DNA of 64,000 nt. Source: Leucoraja ocellata. Its lineage: Eukaryota. The position numbers were made by a program, and so were the translations under genes. Shown piece by piece: positions 23,569 through 36,103 of the stretch (the first letter of the stretch is position 1; every line of letters starts with the position of its first letter). The DNA is taken from positions 1,302,001-1,366,000 of the forward strand of contig JAWMAR010000427.1 in NCBI GenBank assembly GCA_036785375.1, written 5' to 3'. Below the pieces are notes generated by a model. The model did not search any database. It saw nothing but the letters and a program-made list of their open reading frames with translations, and had not been told where the DNA came from.

Positions 23569-24636
23569 ACATTAATACACATGTTGGTGCAGGTACTGAG
23601 AGACTGCATCATTGCTGACGAGTGACAAGTGATGAGTTGAGGGTCAGGGAAAGAATAATAATAGCAGACATCAGTAATGTGACCCTAATGTTACACCAGA
23701 TCTAAGTCACCCACAGCTGTATGAATCTACTGGATATCCTGAAGATGAAAGGATGGCTTGCCTTCGATTTTTCATCTCCAGGTCCATGATATTCTCAGCA
23801 TTGCTGCTTCCCTGGAGTCCCCTGTGGACTCTACCAGCCGTCAAAATCCGTCTGACCATCAGAACATTGAGCCGCAAACTAAGGAGGAATGAATCTGGTA
23901 ATTCTTCACCTCTTCACCTCTGCCTATCCTTAGCCCCACGTCCCCCTCCCTTTTCATCTGTGCATAAATTGCCTTATTATTGTGTTTTGTATTGAATTCT
24001 GTCTTTACTTTGTGTACTAGTCATATCTCTACTATTTATTTCATTCCCCTTATATGTTTTTCCTCTACCTGCAAAATTTTTGTAAGGTGTCCTTGAGACT
24101 CTTGAAAGGCGCCCATAAATAAAATTTATTATTATTATTATTAATTAAATTGAACCAATGTACATCATTACGGACTCTGAGATAACAACCACAATATACG
24201 AGGTGCAATTTATATTTTATTAAAAGATAAACACAAATCAGACATGCAATTAACGGTTTATGATAAATCTATTCCTGGCCTTAAATATTTGGTTTGTGCA
24301 CTCACTTTTGGTTAAGTGAATTAAATATAATGCTAAATTTTCGACTGGTTTTGGAAAAACATGTCAGAATATCAATTGTCAGATTAAAGAGCATGTTTAT
24401 GCTGTTTATGCAATATTAAGATCTGTTATACACAGGCCCCAGGGATTCATCCACCTTAATATGCCTTAAGACCACCGGCATCTCCTCTTTTGAATTGTGG
24501 ATATGTTCTAAATATATCACTATTCATTCCCCTCCTTCGCCTCCATAACTTTCCCAACAGTAGAGATGAGAAACATGAATTCAACATCTCGCTCACATCC
24601 TGTGGTTTCATTCATATATACAAACACATTGATCTT

Positions 24637-24750
24637 TAGGAACAGGATACTGAGTTGGATGATCAGCCATGATCATATTGAATGGCGGTGCAGGCTCGAA
24701 TGGCCGAATGGCCTACTCCTGCACCTATTTTCTATGTTTCTATGTTTCTA
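24637..24750 (+). mobile_element. Young CR1 LINE extreme 3' end
   Basis: Nearly identical to 51125-51236; (gtttctat)n tail. Confidence 0.9.
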
Positions 24751-24754
24751 AAGG

Positions 24755-25205
24755 GACCTAGTCATTCCCTAGTTACTCTTTTGCTCTCAATATATTTGTA
24801 GAAACTCTTAGGATTTTCCTTTACCTTATTTGACAAAGCTATCCAATATCCTATTTGTATCTGTTAAGTGTACTCCTACACCTCATACACTCCTCAAGGG
24901 ATTCTCATGATCACAGCTCCTGTACCTGACATGAACCCTTGTCCTTTTCCTGACCAGAGCCTCAATTGTTAACCAGAGTTTCCTAATTCTGACAGCCTTC
25001 CCCTTAACTCTAACAGGGACATGTTGTCCCTGAATTTTCTATGTTTCACCGTTAAAGGCTTCCCATGTCCCACTTTATCTGCAGACTGTCTCTCCCAATC
25101 AACCTTTGCAAATTCCTGTTTAATGCCTTCAAAATTTGCTTTGCGCATTTTAGGAATTAATTTGTGACCAGTTCTACCTTTATCCATAACTATTTTGAAA
25201 CTGTG
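24755..25205 (-). mobile_element. Decayed CR1 ORF2 fragment (post-endonuclease)
   Basis: SFKIVMDK...RKANFEGIKQEFAKVDWE. Confidence 0.7.
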
Positions 25206-27596
25206 TAGGAAGGAACTGCAGATGCTGGTTGGAATTATAGTCACTTGCCCTGCTTCATTCTGAGTCTACAATTATGAGACTTATAACTGATTGTTCTCCA
25301 GAATGTGGTGCTGAACCCAATTCTTGACCTGTTCCAGAGTGAGATAAATGTGGCCCTTGTGCTATTATATATGGATTCCCAGAACCTGACCCAGTGCTGA
25401 TGAAGGACCAGCGGTGTATTTCTGGGTCAGTATGATGTGGACTTGGATGGGGACTTATATGTGTCCTTCCCTGCTGTCCTTGTCCTTCCAGGTGACAGAG
25501 GTCATGAGCTCAGGAAGTTTTGCTGAAGAAGCCAGGTAGATTTTCTGCAGTGATGCTTGTCCCCGACATACCATGCTGTTGTTGCTCCAGTGTGGCATAG
25601 AGTCATAGAATCATACAGTGTGGAAACAGGCCAGTCAGCCCAACTTGCCCAGACCGGCCAACATGTCCCAGCTACACTAGTCCCACCAGCCTGCATTTGG
25701 CCCACATCCCTCTAAACCTGTCCTATCCATGTTCCAGTGATGGAGGAAGTGATGTGTCGACAGATGATGAGCGACATCAAGAAGCTGACTATACACTCAA
25801 CGGTGGCTGGCTTTTAGCACTCTGAAATCATGCTGGTGCCAAGAGCAGACACCCAGAGACATCCTGTTATTTATGCCATCACTAGTACCTCTTGGTAACA
25901 TTACCACAGCAGAAGGAAATTTTGTGTTTGTGTCAACAAATTCTCCAGAGGTTCTGTTTGAAAAGTCGAGCACTGATTCCTTGGATTCTGTATGCATTAA
26001 TGGTATGGAATTCTCAGCAGTTTCGGTCAGTTTTATTGGTTGGGTTTAATATTTCTTTCTGAAGACATCTGACTACATGACCTATTTAAATGAGCAAGGC
26101 ATAGAGGATATGGTCCTATTGCAGACAAATAGATTTGTATACATAAGCAGAAAGGTCGGCATGGACGTGGTGGGCCAAAGGGCAATTTCTGTGCTGTACT
26201 TCACTTCCCTTGAGGTAACCTGAGTAAAAAGATGGTGACAAAGCAGAATGCCAGGTCTGTGAGAGGATCTTCCCTGGGCAACGTTGCATTCGATAAACTG
26301 CTGCTGTCCACCCTCGCCGGTATATGGTAAGTTGCTGGTGAGCGCATTGTGGAGTTGGTTTGCTGAATCGTGAGAGTGGGGCTATTCAGTGCAGAATGTG
26401 CAACTCTTAAATTGCTTTAGTAACCAAGACATTTATACAGGTGGTTGGGAAAGTGTCTGGTCAATGATAACTCTCTAAATGTCGAAGGCACAGGATACAA
26501 TGATTGCAAGGTGCTGAGTGTTTGAGGTGGTTAGATACTTGAGATAGTTTTTACCTGGTATTTATGCTTGCTGCTATCGGCTCAGGTCTAGAATCCTGCT
26601 GTCCAGGATTTGAGACCAATAAGAGCTGCTTATTTTATTCTCTGAAGAATTGCATATGCAGCAGAACTGTAAGTGAATTGTAAGTGAATATAGCCAGTTT
26701 TTGCAAAATGCTGGGCAGTTCATTAATAAAGAGATCTCAGGAAGAATACTGAGCAATTGGTCCCCAATATCCAGAAACATTTTCCCAGGTATTGCCACAG
26801 TTAAGATTTCCCATCACTTCTCATTTCCTTGGGCTCTCAATGGTACTCTTAACTAAACGTTACCACCTCTCTATCAGCATACAGTGCAGAACCCTAAAAG
26901 GCTGTCCCACTTGGATGACCTAATCCGCGAGTTAAGAAGACTGTCTTCGACCTTCAAACTCGAGGGCACTCGCCGGGAAGCCTCGAGCTGGATCGACCGT
27001 CCGTTTTGAAACCGCGAGCTGGATCGACTGACCGCACACACACACACACACACACACCCACACAAACACATCGCAAAGGCGGGGGCCAGGGAAAGCGGGG
27101 AGTGCTGTCTGAAATTCACACTTGCGATGAAGAGGAAGCTAAAACGGCTGCACAGTAAAGGTAAGTCCTTTGGAGAGCACGGGGGGGGGGGGAGGGAGAG
27201 AGGGGGAGAGAAGAAGAGAGAAGGGGAGAGAAAGGGGGGAGAAAGGGGGGAGAAGGAGTGGAGACACTTTTAAGTTTAATAAAGTTTAGCTGGCATTTTA
27301 CCTACCGGGAAGTTTTCCTTGGTCCTGAAAACTCCAATGAGCCAATCAAAATGCCCGGTCAGCGAAGGAGATTGCCCACAGCTGCACTCGACTGCCTGTA
27401 ACTTCATAGTGACCCTATTCCACTGCACTATGATTTCAAAAGAACCATGCCGACCAAATCTTACTCGCGGAAAATTTTTCAACATGCTGAAAAGTTTTCC
27501 GCGACCTAGCTGAAGCCGTGAGTATTCGGGAACTTTCCTCGAGCATGAAGGAGAGTTCCAGTGACCTCATAGGACCTCCTAGGACCACGTGTCAAC

Positions 27597-28729
27597 CAAA
27601 GATCTTATAGTGAAGCAAGATGGATTACTCTCACGCAAAAGTGAGGTACGCCCATGGGCGGATTCATGGGTGATTATAGGACACATTTTAGCAACCTGAC
27701 TCCGCCATCTTGCTCCGCTTTCTTGCTCCCGCCTTCTTGCTTCCGGCCAAAGATTGGATCCGCAGCGAGGAGAAGGAGTGCGGGGCCCGGGGCAGCGGGG
27801 AGAGAGAGTGCGGGGCAGCGGGGAGAGAGAGTGCGGGGCAGCGGGGAGAGGGAATGCGGGGTCCGGGGCAGCGGGGAGAGAGAGTGCGGGGTCCGGGGCA
27901 GCGGGGAGAGAGAGTGCGGGGCAGCGGGGAGAGAGAGTGCGGGGCAGCGGGGAGAGGGAATGCGGGGTCCGGGGCAGCGGGGAGAGAGAGTGCGGGGTCC
28001 GGGGCAGCGGGGAGAGAGAGTGCGGGGCAGCGGGGAGAGAGAGTGCGGGGCAGCGGGGAGAGAGAGTGCGGGGCAGCGGGGAGAGGGAGTGCGGGGCCCG
28101 GGGCAGCGGGGGAGAAGGAGTGCGGGGCCCGGGGCAGCGGGGAGAGAGAGTGCCCCAAGACAATGTTTCTTATTTACAATGTTTCTTATTTAATGTCCCT
28201 TGTCTAGTCTGAAATAAAGTTCATTATTGGATTAGAAGAAATATAATTGTGTGTGTTATATACATTTATATAATTTTCATGTATGTGTGTTTATAAACAT
28301 TTTATTCTTTAACAAGAATCAACAGAATTATGAACTAACAGAATTATGAATCTAACCGTATATCACGCACAAAAAGTCCCCCCCTGTCAATCACCCTGCG
28401 AGTCGGGTCGGTTCCGGTTACTACAAAATCAACTCAAACACTGCTTGTGAGCCATTTAAAAAGAAATGATTTAAAAAACATTAGAAAAGACAATTACCAG
28501 AATCAAATTTTATTCTTGACAAGAAGTTTGAACTGACAGATTTATGAATCTAACCCACACAAACTGTTGCCCCGCAACATTGATTACAGTGCGAGTCGGG
28601 TCGGGTTAGGTAGGCTCAGGTTGCTAAAATGGGCGTGGAAAATGCCCATGATCCCCTCCATAGCGTACTACACGTCAGTCCATTGCATTTAGCAGGAGTA
28701 GCCTATCTTGCTTCGCTATAAGATCTTTG
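27597..28729. mobile_element. Non-autonomous P-element-like (alternatively hAT) DNA transposon
   Basis: 8-bp TSD GTGTCAAC (27589-27596, 28730-28737); ~34-bp imperfect TIR CAAAGATCTTATAGYGAAGCAAGAT... Confidence 0.75.
27770..28153 (+). repeat. G-rich minisatellite (23-bp unit GCGGGGCAGCGGGGAGAGAGAGT, with 30-bp variants)
   Basis: About 14 tandem units; explains the overlapping low-complexity ORFs. Confidence 0.95.
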
Positions 28730-29924
28730 GTGTCAACCATGCTGCGAGTTTGAAGGTCGAAGACTCGCAGATTAGGTCGCCCAAGTGGGACAGTCCCTTA
28801 AGTGTCAGTGTTGAACTTTTAAAACAGGCTGTAACCTGAAAAGAAAGCTGGGGAATTTGTTTCTCCAAACAAAAGCTTTCCTTCTGGAATGCAAGGAATG
28901 GTAAATTGTCAAAGAAATACAAGTCAGTGCATAAGTAACAGCACAGGTAATAGAAAGGATAAACATTCCAATGGAGACAAGAGACTGCAGATGCTGGAAT
29001 CCTGAGATAAAAACAAAACACTGGAGGAACTCAGCAGGTCAGACTGTATTTGTGGAGGCAGATATTCAGACGATGGTTCCGGTTGGGACATTTTGATGAT
29101 CAACAGGGAGAAACCCTTTCACTAACATGTTAGAATGCTGAGAAACTGAAACATTTCCTCCGTAAAAGCTCTGTTGCATTCATGATTGCCCATCACACAT
29201 TCCTATATCAAGCAATTCATCGTCTTGCAACACGTAACGTGATGGGGGTTGGGCAATCAAAGGGGAGGCTGCATCAATCACATTTTGTGATGTTAGCATT
29301 ATCAAGTAAGGAAGGTGCAGGACATATTTTTAGCAACTTGCAAGGGACTGTCAATAGAACTGCATTATATTCTGAGTAATTGCTGTGGAGAGTTATCTAG
29401 AGTTAGAGTGAATAGTAATCCGAATGAAGGACAACTTTCAAGATAACTGCTCCAGGAGTTGAGATGGAAATTGTTGGATTAGACCTTCATGTTATGCGTA
29501 GGAGGGACCTGACTGTTGTCCACAGTTCAGTAGTTGTGATATCGGTGGACTATAGGTGGACTGGAAGAGGTGGGCTATGGACTTTGACTACTTGTACCTA
29601 GTATAGCAGTGTCTGATCCCATGTGTTAGCTTGGGTTGGTTGTGTGTACATTATGACTGCACATTTAGGTTTGAGTTTGGTCGGGTGGGGTTGTGACCAT
29701 CTGACCCAGGTCATTATGTTATCTGGGACAGAGTGGTTGCTCAGAATCAATGCAAGTGTCCTTTGCCCTTAATCAATAACAATAGATGTGCAGAATATCA
29801 AGTCCATGTATCCATCTTCCAAGCAATATCTGTAGGTTGGGTTATGTACAGAAACTGTGATATGTGCTCAGGTTGAGGTCTCCTCAGGTGGCCTTACGTT
29901 GGGTAATATTGCATCTCATCAGAT

Positions 29925-30420
29925 CATTAAACATTAGACCGTCCCGAGCTGAGGTATGGTGTGCATTTCTGTTCACCCATTGATGGGTAGGACATGATTG
30001 TGGTTTGAACGGTTGCAGAAGGAATGGATCAGGATGTTCGTGGGGTGGAATGTTTCACCCTTGAGGAGAGGTTGGATAGATTGTGTTTGTTATGGAGGAA
30101 GTTGAGGGATGATGCAGGTATAAGGTATGCAGAATTATGAGGGGCATTGACAAAGTGGTAGTGAGGAACATTACACCTTAGCAGAAATGTGTAGAAGCAG
30201 AGACATAGATGGAAAACAAAAAATAACAGGCTGATAATGGAATTCCAAAATAACTTTTTCAACAGAGGGTGGTTGGAATGTGCCTGAGGGGCAGCTGGAG
30301 GCAGAGACTCCTACCACATTTCAGAAGCATTGAGATGAACACTTGAATATGTATGCTGTGGAAGGGCAGACCAGGTGCTGGTTGGCATAGCGAACCAAAG
30401 GGTCTGTTTTTGTATTAAAA
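29925..30420 (+). mobile_element. Decayed CR1 LINE 3' region
   Basis: tgaggagaggttggatagattg, gaggggcattgaca, aactttttcaacagagggtggttgga. Confidence 0.7.
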
Positions 30421-32399
30421 CCTTTGTTTTACCAAAGGTTTTGACTTTTAACTTTGGGCAGGGGTTCAGCTGTCTTTCGGAATGAAACACAATTTCCTCA
30501 AATAGCCTTCACACATACCATTCTGGGTACTTTCACTATTACAATGCAAGTAGATGTGCCATCCATTTTTTTGCTGCATTGGTTTCAAAAGCATGGTTCT
30601 ACTGAATGTCCATGACTCCTTGGCCCCTGGCTTTGATCGGCTGTAGGAGATATCCCAGCTTTCAATGAGTGTCCAGGCAAGATCCTTGGGTCCTGGTCTC
30701 TCAGTTATGCATGGAGTTGTTTCAAAATGGTTTCTCTCAGGCAAAGTGGACATCCCTGCTGTATAGTTTCTCTTGGAACAAACCGCTGCTCAAAACAGAT
30801 CATTAACTTGGCTTTGATTTAATCACGGGATTACTTGTCTTTTGACTTTGAAGCGGGGTGATAAATCATTTAAAGAAAGAAAAAAGTAAAAAAGAACTTC
30901 ATCATTTTAGAGCTGATTTTTGCAATCTGTTTGAAAGTGAGTAGCTAGGAAGTACTATCAAGATAAAAGTATGCTCTGCAGGTCTTTGAAGTCTGCTGCC
31001 CATTTCAAAATGCTTTTTGTCCTGAGTTGTAATCCTAGGACTGGATTAGTAGTTCAAAGGATGCGAGCTGAAATTCACAAGTAAAGCCTATGCAAGATGG
31101 TTGATCATTAACTGCCCTCGCAAGTCAGTCAATTGTAACATAACTGAAATGACTCGCACCTTCCTAAAGGCAATGATGGGTGGACAATAAGTGCTGGCAT
31201 TGCCAATCATTGTCCACCTCATGGAAAAGTGTTAAGTGTAATTAATTTAATCACTTGCTTGTACATGGTGTGGCAGCGCCTTTTTCCTTGGATATCGCTC
31301 TGATCCCCACCACTAGCTGAACGTGCTGCTGTGCAATCGTGTGGATGTGCTGCACATTTTTTGTACTGGCAGGGCAGTGATGGGGACCACACCCCAACAT
31401 CATTGATAACAGCTGGGGTCTGATTCACTGATATTGGTTGGCCACTTGCATCTTGTCAGTCTACTCCCTACCCATACACAGAGGCAATGACTGGGCTGCC
31501 AGGATAATCCAGTGACTGGCAGTGCAGGCCCTTCAAAGAAGGGAAGAAGATTGAACATTTTTTTGCCTTCCATCACAGTGAGGAATATTTTTTTGCCTTC
31601 CATCACAGTTGTTCTGGTGGATGTTCATGTTAAACATTTATTTGGGGGTCTTGTTGCTCTTTATTGGTATGACTCCTCGTATGTTGCCAAACATGCTTGG
31701 ATAATAAATTACTATTATGATTATGATTCAAACCCAAAGCTGAGACCATCAGTGTCTCCTCATGAAGCAAGGATGAACTGCAGGGAGAAGCCGGAGATCA
31801 CGACTCCTCCTCCTTTGAAGACAAAACTGAGCTGCTGGGATAACCCCAAGATTGCTAGCATGTGCCCTGATGGAGAGGAACAGTGCCCCCAGGTGGTCCT
31901 GGACTTTCTTGTCACTGTAAGTAAAATAAATGATGTGAGTTCACCCTACTGTGAGTGTCGGTGTGGTCACTGTCAAACCTGGCATCGTCCCTGATACCGC
32001 ACTGGTGTAGAATGTGGGCAAGACCACACTGGCTACTCGCATGATGGAACTTTGCTGCTGTTTCCTAAGTTTTCTTGATGTTAATTGGGCTACTTTTCTG
32101 GATGTGCCACTCCATTTATTTCTCCCCATCTTGTAACTGGAGAATCATTCAGAACAACTAATATTGAATACAAAAACTGGACATTAAATCACCTTGAGAC
32201 TGAATGATGCCACAGTTTCTGCTGCTGTGCAAGTGCACTGCCATTGGCTGTGTTCACAGTAGAACTCTGTGTCTTCAGAGGTCTCCAAGTAATTTTTTTT
32301 ATTGCTTTTAGAGATATTTAACTAACTAAGTATACAATCACTTCTGGAAACGTGAATAGAAAAATGGTGAGAAACTGACAAAAGAAGAACTCTCTAATA

Positions 32400-34200
32400 T
32401 AGAATGTTTTTTTAATCTCTCACGGGGGATGTGACAGCACCGCCTATATTTTTCGTAAGTTTAATCACAATCTCTATATACTTTGTCTTCATATTTCCTT
32501 CGTCATCCTTTGAAGGCATCTAAAACTGTCCTGTCCTCTGGCCTACCAATAATCTTTGCAACAATGTGTTTAATTTCTTTCAATGCAATACCATGCGTAA
32601 TCTGTTTCGTTAGCCATGGATGGTACATTCTTCTCATAGAATCGTTCTTTCACACAGGAATTTACTTTGAACATTTATGAAAGCTCCTTAAATATCTGGC
32701 CACTTCTGATCTTACCCTCGGATCTGCTTTTTCAATCCACTTTAGCCACCTCGGTCTCCATACCAATGCAATTAGAATTTAAGTTTAATACACTAGTTTC
32801 AGACCCAAATTCCTCACCTTCAAGTGAATTTGAATTATTACCATGGTGTGATCACTCTTCCTGTGGAATCCTTTACCGTGGGATTGATAATACAATACAA
32901 CGGTTTATTTGTCACATTGCACAAAAAGTGCAAGTGAAATGATACGTCAGCAGCGATACAATGATAAAGGGCACACACAAAAACACAATAAATTTTTAAC
33001 ATAAACATCCACCACAGCATTCATCACTGTGGTGGAAGGCACACGATTTGGCCAGTCCTCCTCCATTTCCCCCCGTGGTCGGGACCTCAACCCTCCGCAG
33101 CCGTTGCTGCGGGCGTCCAGATGGTAAAAGGACAAGGTACAAGTCCAGGTAAGTCCAGAGTTGGCTCCTCCCCACCGGAGACCGCGGCTTTTAGTTGGTG
33201 TAGGCCGCAGGCCGGCGGCCGAAGATTTAAAGTTCCCTCCACGTCGCAGCCATAAGCACCGCAGTCTGCAGGGCCGGCGGTCGAAGCTCCCCTCCAGGGG
33301 TGATGTTAAGTCCATACCGGACCCGCGGTAGAAGATGGCCGCAGGCCGGCGGTGGAAGCTTCTTCTTCCCCCCGGGTCCCCCACGAGGGATCCCGGGCTG
33401 TAGACGCCGCGCCAGCTGGAGCTGTGCAGACCGCGGCTTCAGGCTGCCGTCTGCTGCGGGCCAACGGAACGGAGCGCTCCCCTCCAGCGAGCCCCAGCTC
33501 CGTGCTGACAGTCCCCGCTGCACCCGCCGCCGGAGCCCCGAGCCCCGGGCGCGTCTCCGGGAAAGGCCGCGCCGATCCTCGCTGTTAGGCCACGGGGGAG
33601 GCGACCTGGAAAAAGTCGCCTCTCCATGGAGGAGGCGGCCGAAACGGTTTCCCCCTTACCCCCCACACCACCCCCCACACAAAACACACTAAGAAACACT
33701 AAAAACAGACTTTAAGACATACTAAAAAAATAAAAAAAGTTGAAAAAGACTAACATGCTGCTGACAGGGCTGCTGCCAGTGCAGCGCCCCCACCAAGATG
33801 AAGGGAATAATAATAAAGGGAATAAATAATTCTGCCTAATAACACAAGGCAAGGTCTACAATAGATTGTATCCTGGTTATTTTCTCAGTGTATTGCTCTC
33901 ATATATCATCCTGAATCTGCTCTATGAACTTATCCTTAAGGCTATCTTTGCCAATTTCATTGGTCCAGCCGAGACAATGATTACCCCCATTATGATCCAA
34001 CTCGTAGTCCAACGTGCAGTATGGCTACTGCCACAGGCCTCTCACCGATGACTCATTTATTTTACATTTGCTTATCTTCACCCTTCAAATTGACCTCCCC
34101 CTTGAGGAACACATCCACTGTCCATTCACCATTGCTATCAGCTCATCCAAAGCCATCTTCACGCCACCACACTCACCCATCATCTTGCTCATCAGGTTTT
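32400..34200 (-). mobile_element. Decayed CR1 LINE (endonuclease and linker region), interrupted at 32889-33800
   Basis: CR1-like sequence on both sides of the insert, e.g. minus-strand LxNxDHNxIMGVIIVS remnants. Confidence 0.55.
32889..33800 (-). mobile_element. GC/CpG-rich non-autonomous retroposon with Rex1-like 3' tail
   Basis: Tail gtgcaatgtgacaaataaaccg(ttgta)n shared with 58521-58650; no RT homology in the body. Confidence 0.65.
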
Positions 34201-35079
34201 TATGAAGCTTGCTTTTAATATTGAAAGTTTTATTTTGGGTGAATGATTTTTGTTGCGATATATTGATCATAGGTCCAGTCGTTTACACTTATAATGTAAG
34301 GATCTATCAAAATACATTAGCTCTTTTCCTTTATATCTATCCATTTGAAATGTTAACTATCACAGTGGCGCAGCAGTAGAGTTTTAGTCTTACAGTGTCA
34401 GAGACATGGGTCCTGACTATGGGTGCTTGGCTGTTTGGAGTCTGTTTGTTCTCACCATGACCTGCATGGGTTTTCCATGTTGTATCTCTGAACTAAACTA
34501 TCCCTGATAGTCAGTTCTCAGTTTTGGTCAGCTTACAATCACATCTCTGTAATAACTATCAGATCATTTCAGTCTATTTCCATAGCAGCAGTAATATGAC
34601 AGGAATACCAATTCTATACTGTAAACTCCAGGAATTGGCTTATGCATCCTAGTTTCCCTTCCCATCATGCTTTAAGGGAAGCAGACTCTCAAAGGCTTTC
34701 AATGCAGCATGTGAGCTGTAAGAAACAGAATTGGCCACCCGGGGTATTCAACGATTTAAAGAGCTAATCTTGACAATGGAATGTAAAAAAAAAGACTCTT
34801 TGGATGTCTATATTCTGTCCGCAGAAGCTATTAGAATATTGATGTGAATTAGCTTGTTTCAATAAAGCTATTTGAAATCTCAAGGCTGTCTTATCTCTTC
34901 AAATACGCTCCCATTGCAATCATATAATTCCATCAAAATCCTGGAGTAAATGAACTCATTATAGCTATTGAAGTTGTATTTGATCAGTGAGCATGCAATT
35001 TGAAGCGATGAAGTTGAGATATTAGCATTGTAATGGCAGCTGGAGTCAGGAGAGGGGAACCAGCCACCTCTGAGTAGAC

Positions 35080-35340
35080 ATAATAGAACAGGCCCTTCAA
35101 CCACAATGTTTGTGCCGAACGTGATGCCAAGTTAAACTGATCTAATCTGCGTGTACATGATCCATATTTTTCTATTCCTTGCGCTTCCATGTGCCTATCT
35201 AACAGCTTTTTAAATGCCATTATTGCATCTGACCACCACCACCTCTGACAATGCGTTCCAGGCACCCACCACTCCCTGTGTCAAAAAATTTGCCTAGCAC
35301 ATCTCCACTAAACTCCCCGCTCTCAACTTAAAGCTATGGT
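35080..35340 (-). mobile_element. CR1 LINE 3' end
   Basis: AIMAFKKLLDRHMEAQGIEKYG. Confidence 0.8.
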
Positions 35341-35574
35341 AAAGACTGCTGGTATGTGGTCAATAAAGGAGAAAGGAGACTTCCAGAGAAACTCAGAGGA
35401 TCAAGCAGCATCTGTGGTGGTAAATGGACTGTCAATGTTTCAGGCCAAGATCTTTATCTGGGTTGAAAGAATAGAGGGGAAGCACCCAGTATCAAGATGT
35501 ATGTGCACGCGTGCGCGTATGTGCTGGCAGTGCAAGAGCTAGCCAACAATACATGATAAATAATTGATTGCCAA

Positions 35575-35975
35575 ATGAATATGAATAAGTTTATTGGTCA
35601 AGTATTCACATACAAGGAATTTGTCTTAGTGCTCCGTCCGCAAGTGACAACTTGGCATCCAGTGAGTTAGGAATGACACATAAAACATTAAACATTAATA
35701 ATAAAACATTATCGATTAAACATGTAAATTACATAAAATACCAGAGCAAATGGAGGCTACAGATATTTGGTTATTTAGTAGAGCTACTACTCGTGGAAAA
35801 AGCTGTTTTTATGTCTGGCTGTGGCAGCTTTGACAGTCGCCTTCCAGAGGGAAGTGATTCAAAGAGTTTGTGGCCAGGGTGAGAGGGGTCAGAGTTGATC
35901 TTACCTGCTCGCTTCCTGGCCCTTGCAGTGTACAGTTCATCAATGGAGGGAAGGTTGCAGCCAATAATCTTCTCA
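35575..35975 (-). mobile_element. Rex1/Babar LINE 3' end
   Basis: Reverse complement of the 44470-44954 family (HPGHKLFESLPSGRRL). Confidence 0.8.
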
Positions 35976-35978
35976 GCT

Positions 35979-36103
35979 GTTTAAGAAGGAACTGCAGATG
36001 CTGGAGAATCGAAGGTTACACAAAAAAGCTGGAGAAACTCAGCGGGTGCAGCAGCATCTATGGAGCGAAGGAAATAGGCAACATTTCGGGCCGAAACCCT
36101 TCG
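35979..36103 (-). mobile_element. Penelope-derived terminal repeat (young family)
   Basis: gtttaagaaggaactgcagatgctgg...cagcagcatctatggagcgaaggaaataggcaacatttcgggccgaaaccc. Confidence 0.85.

Larger units (their letters stand above)
26898..28798. mobile_element. PIF/Harbinger-type MITE hosting a nested insertion
   Basis: TAA TSD (26895-26897, 28799-28801); TIRs ggctgtcccacttgg / ccaagtgggacagtccct; same family as 53301-54528 in opposite orientation. Confidence 0.88.

Noticed and set aside
27579-28212. Six overlapping 150-190-aa ORFs
   Set aside because: Translations of a GC-rich minisatellite.
30466-30753. 95-aa minus-strand ORF in non-repeat sequence
   Set aside because: No motif, homology or convincing splice signals.
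32947-33699. GC-rich ORFs and apparent CpG-island promoter
   Set aside because: Lies within a tailed retroposon inserted in a CR1; no host gene evidence.
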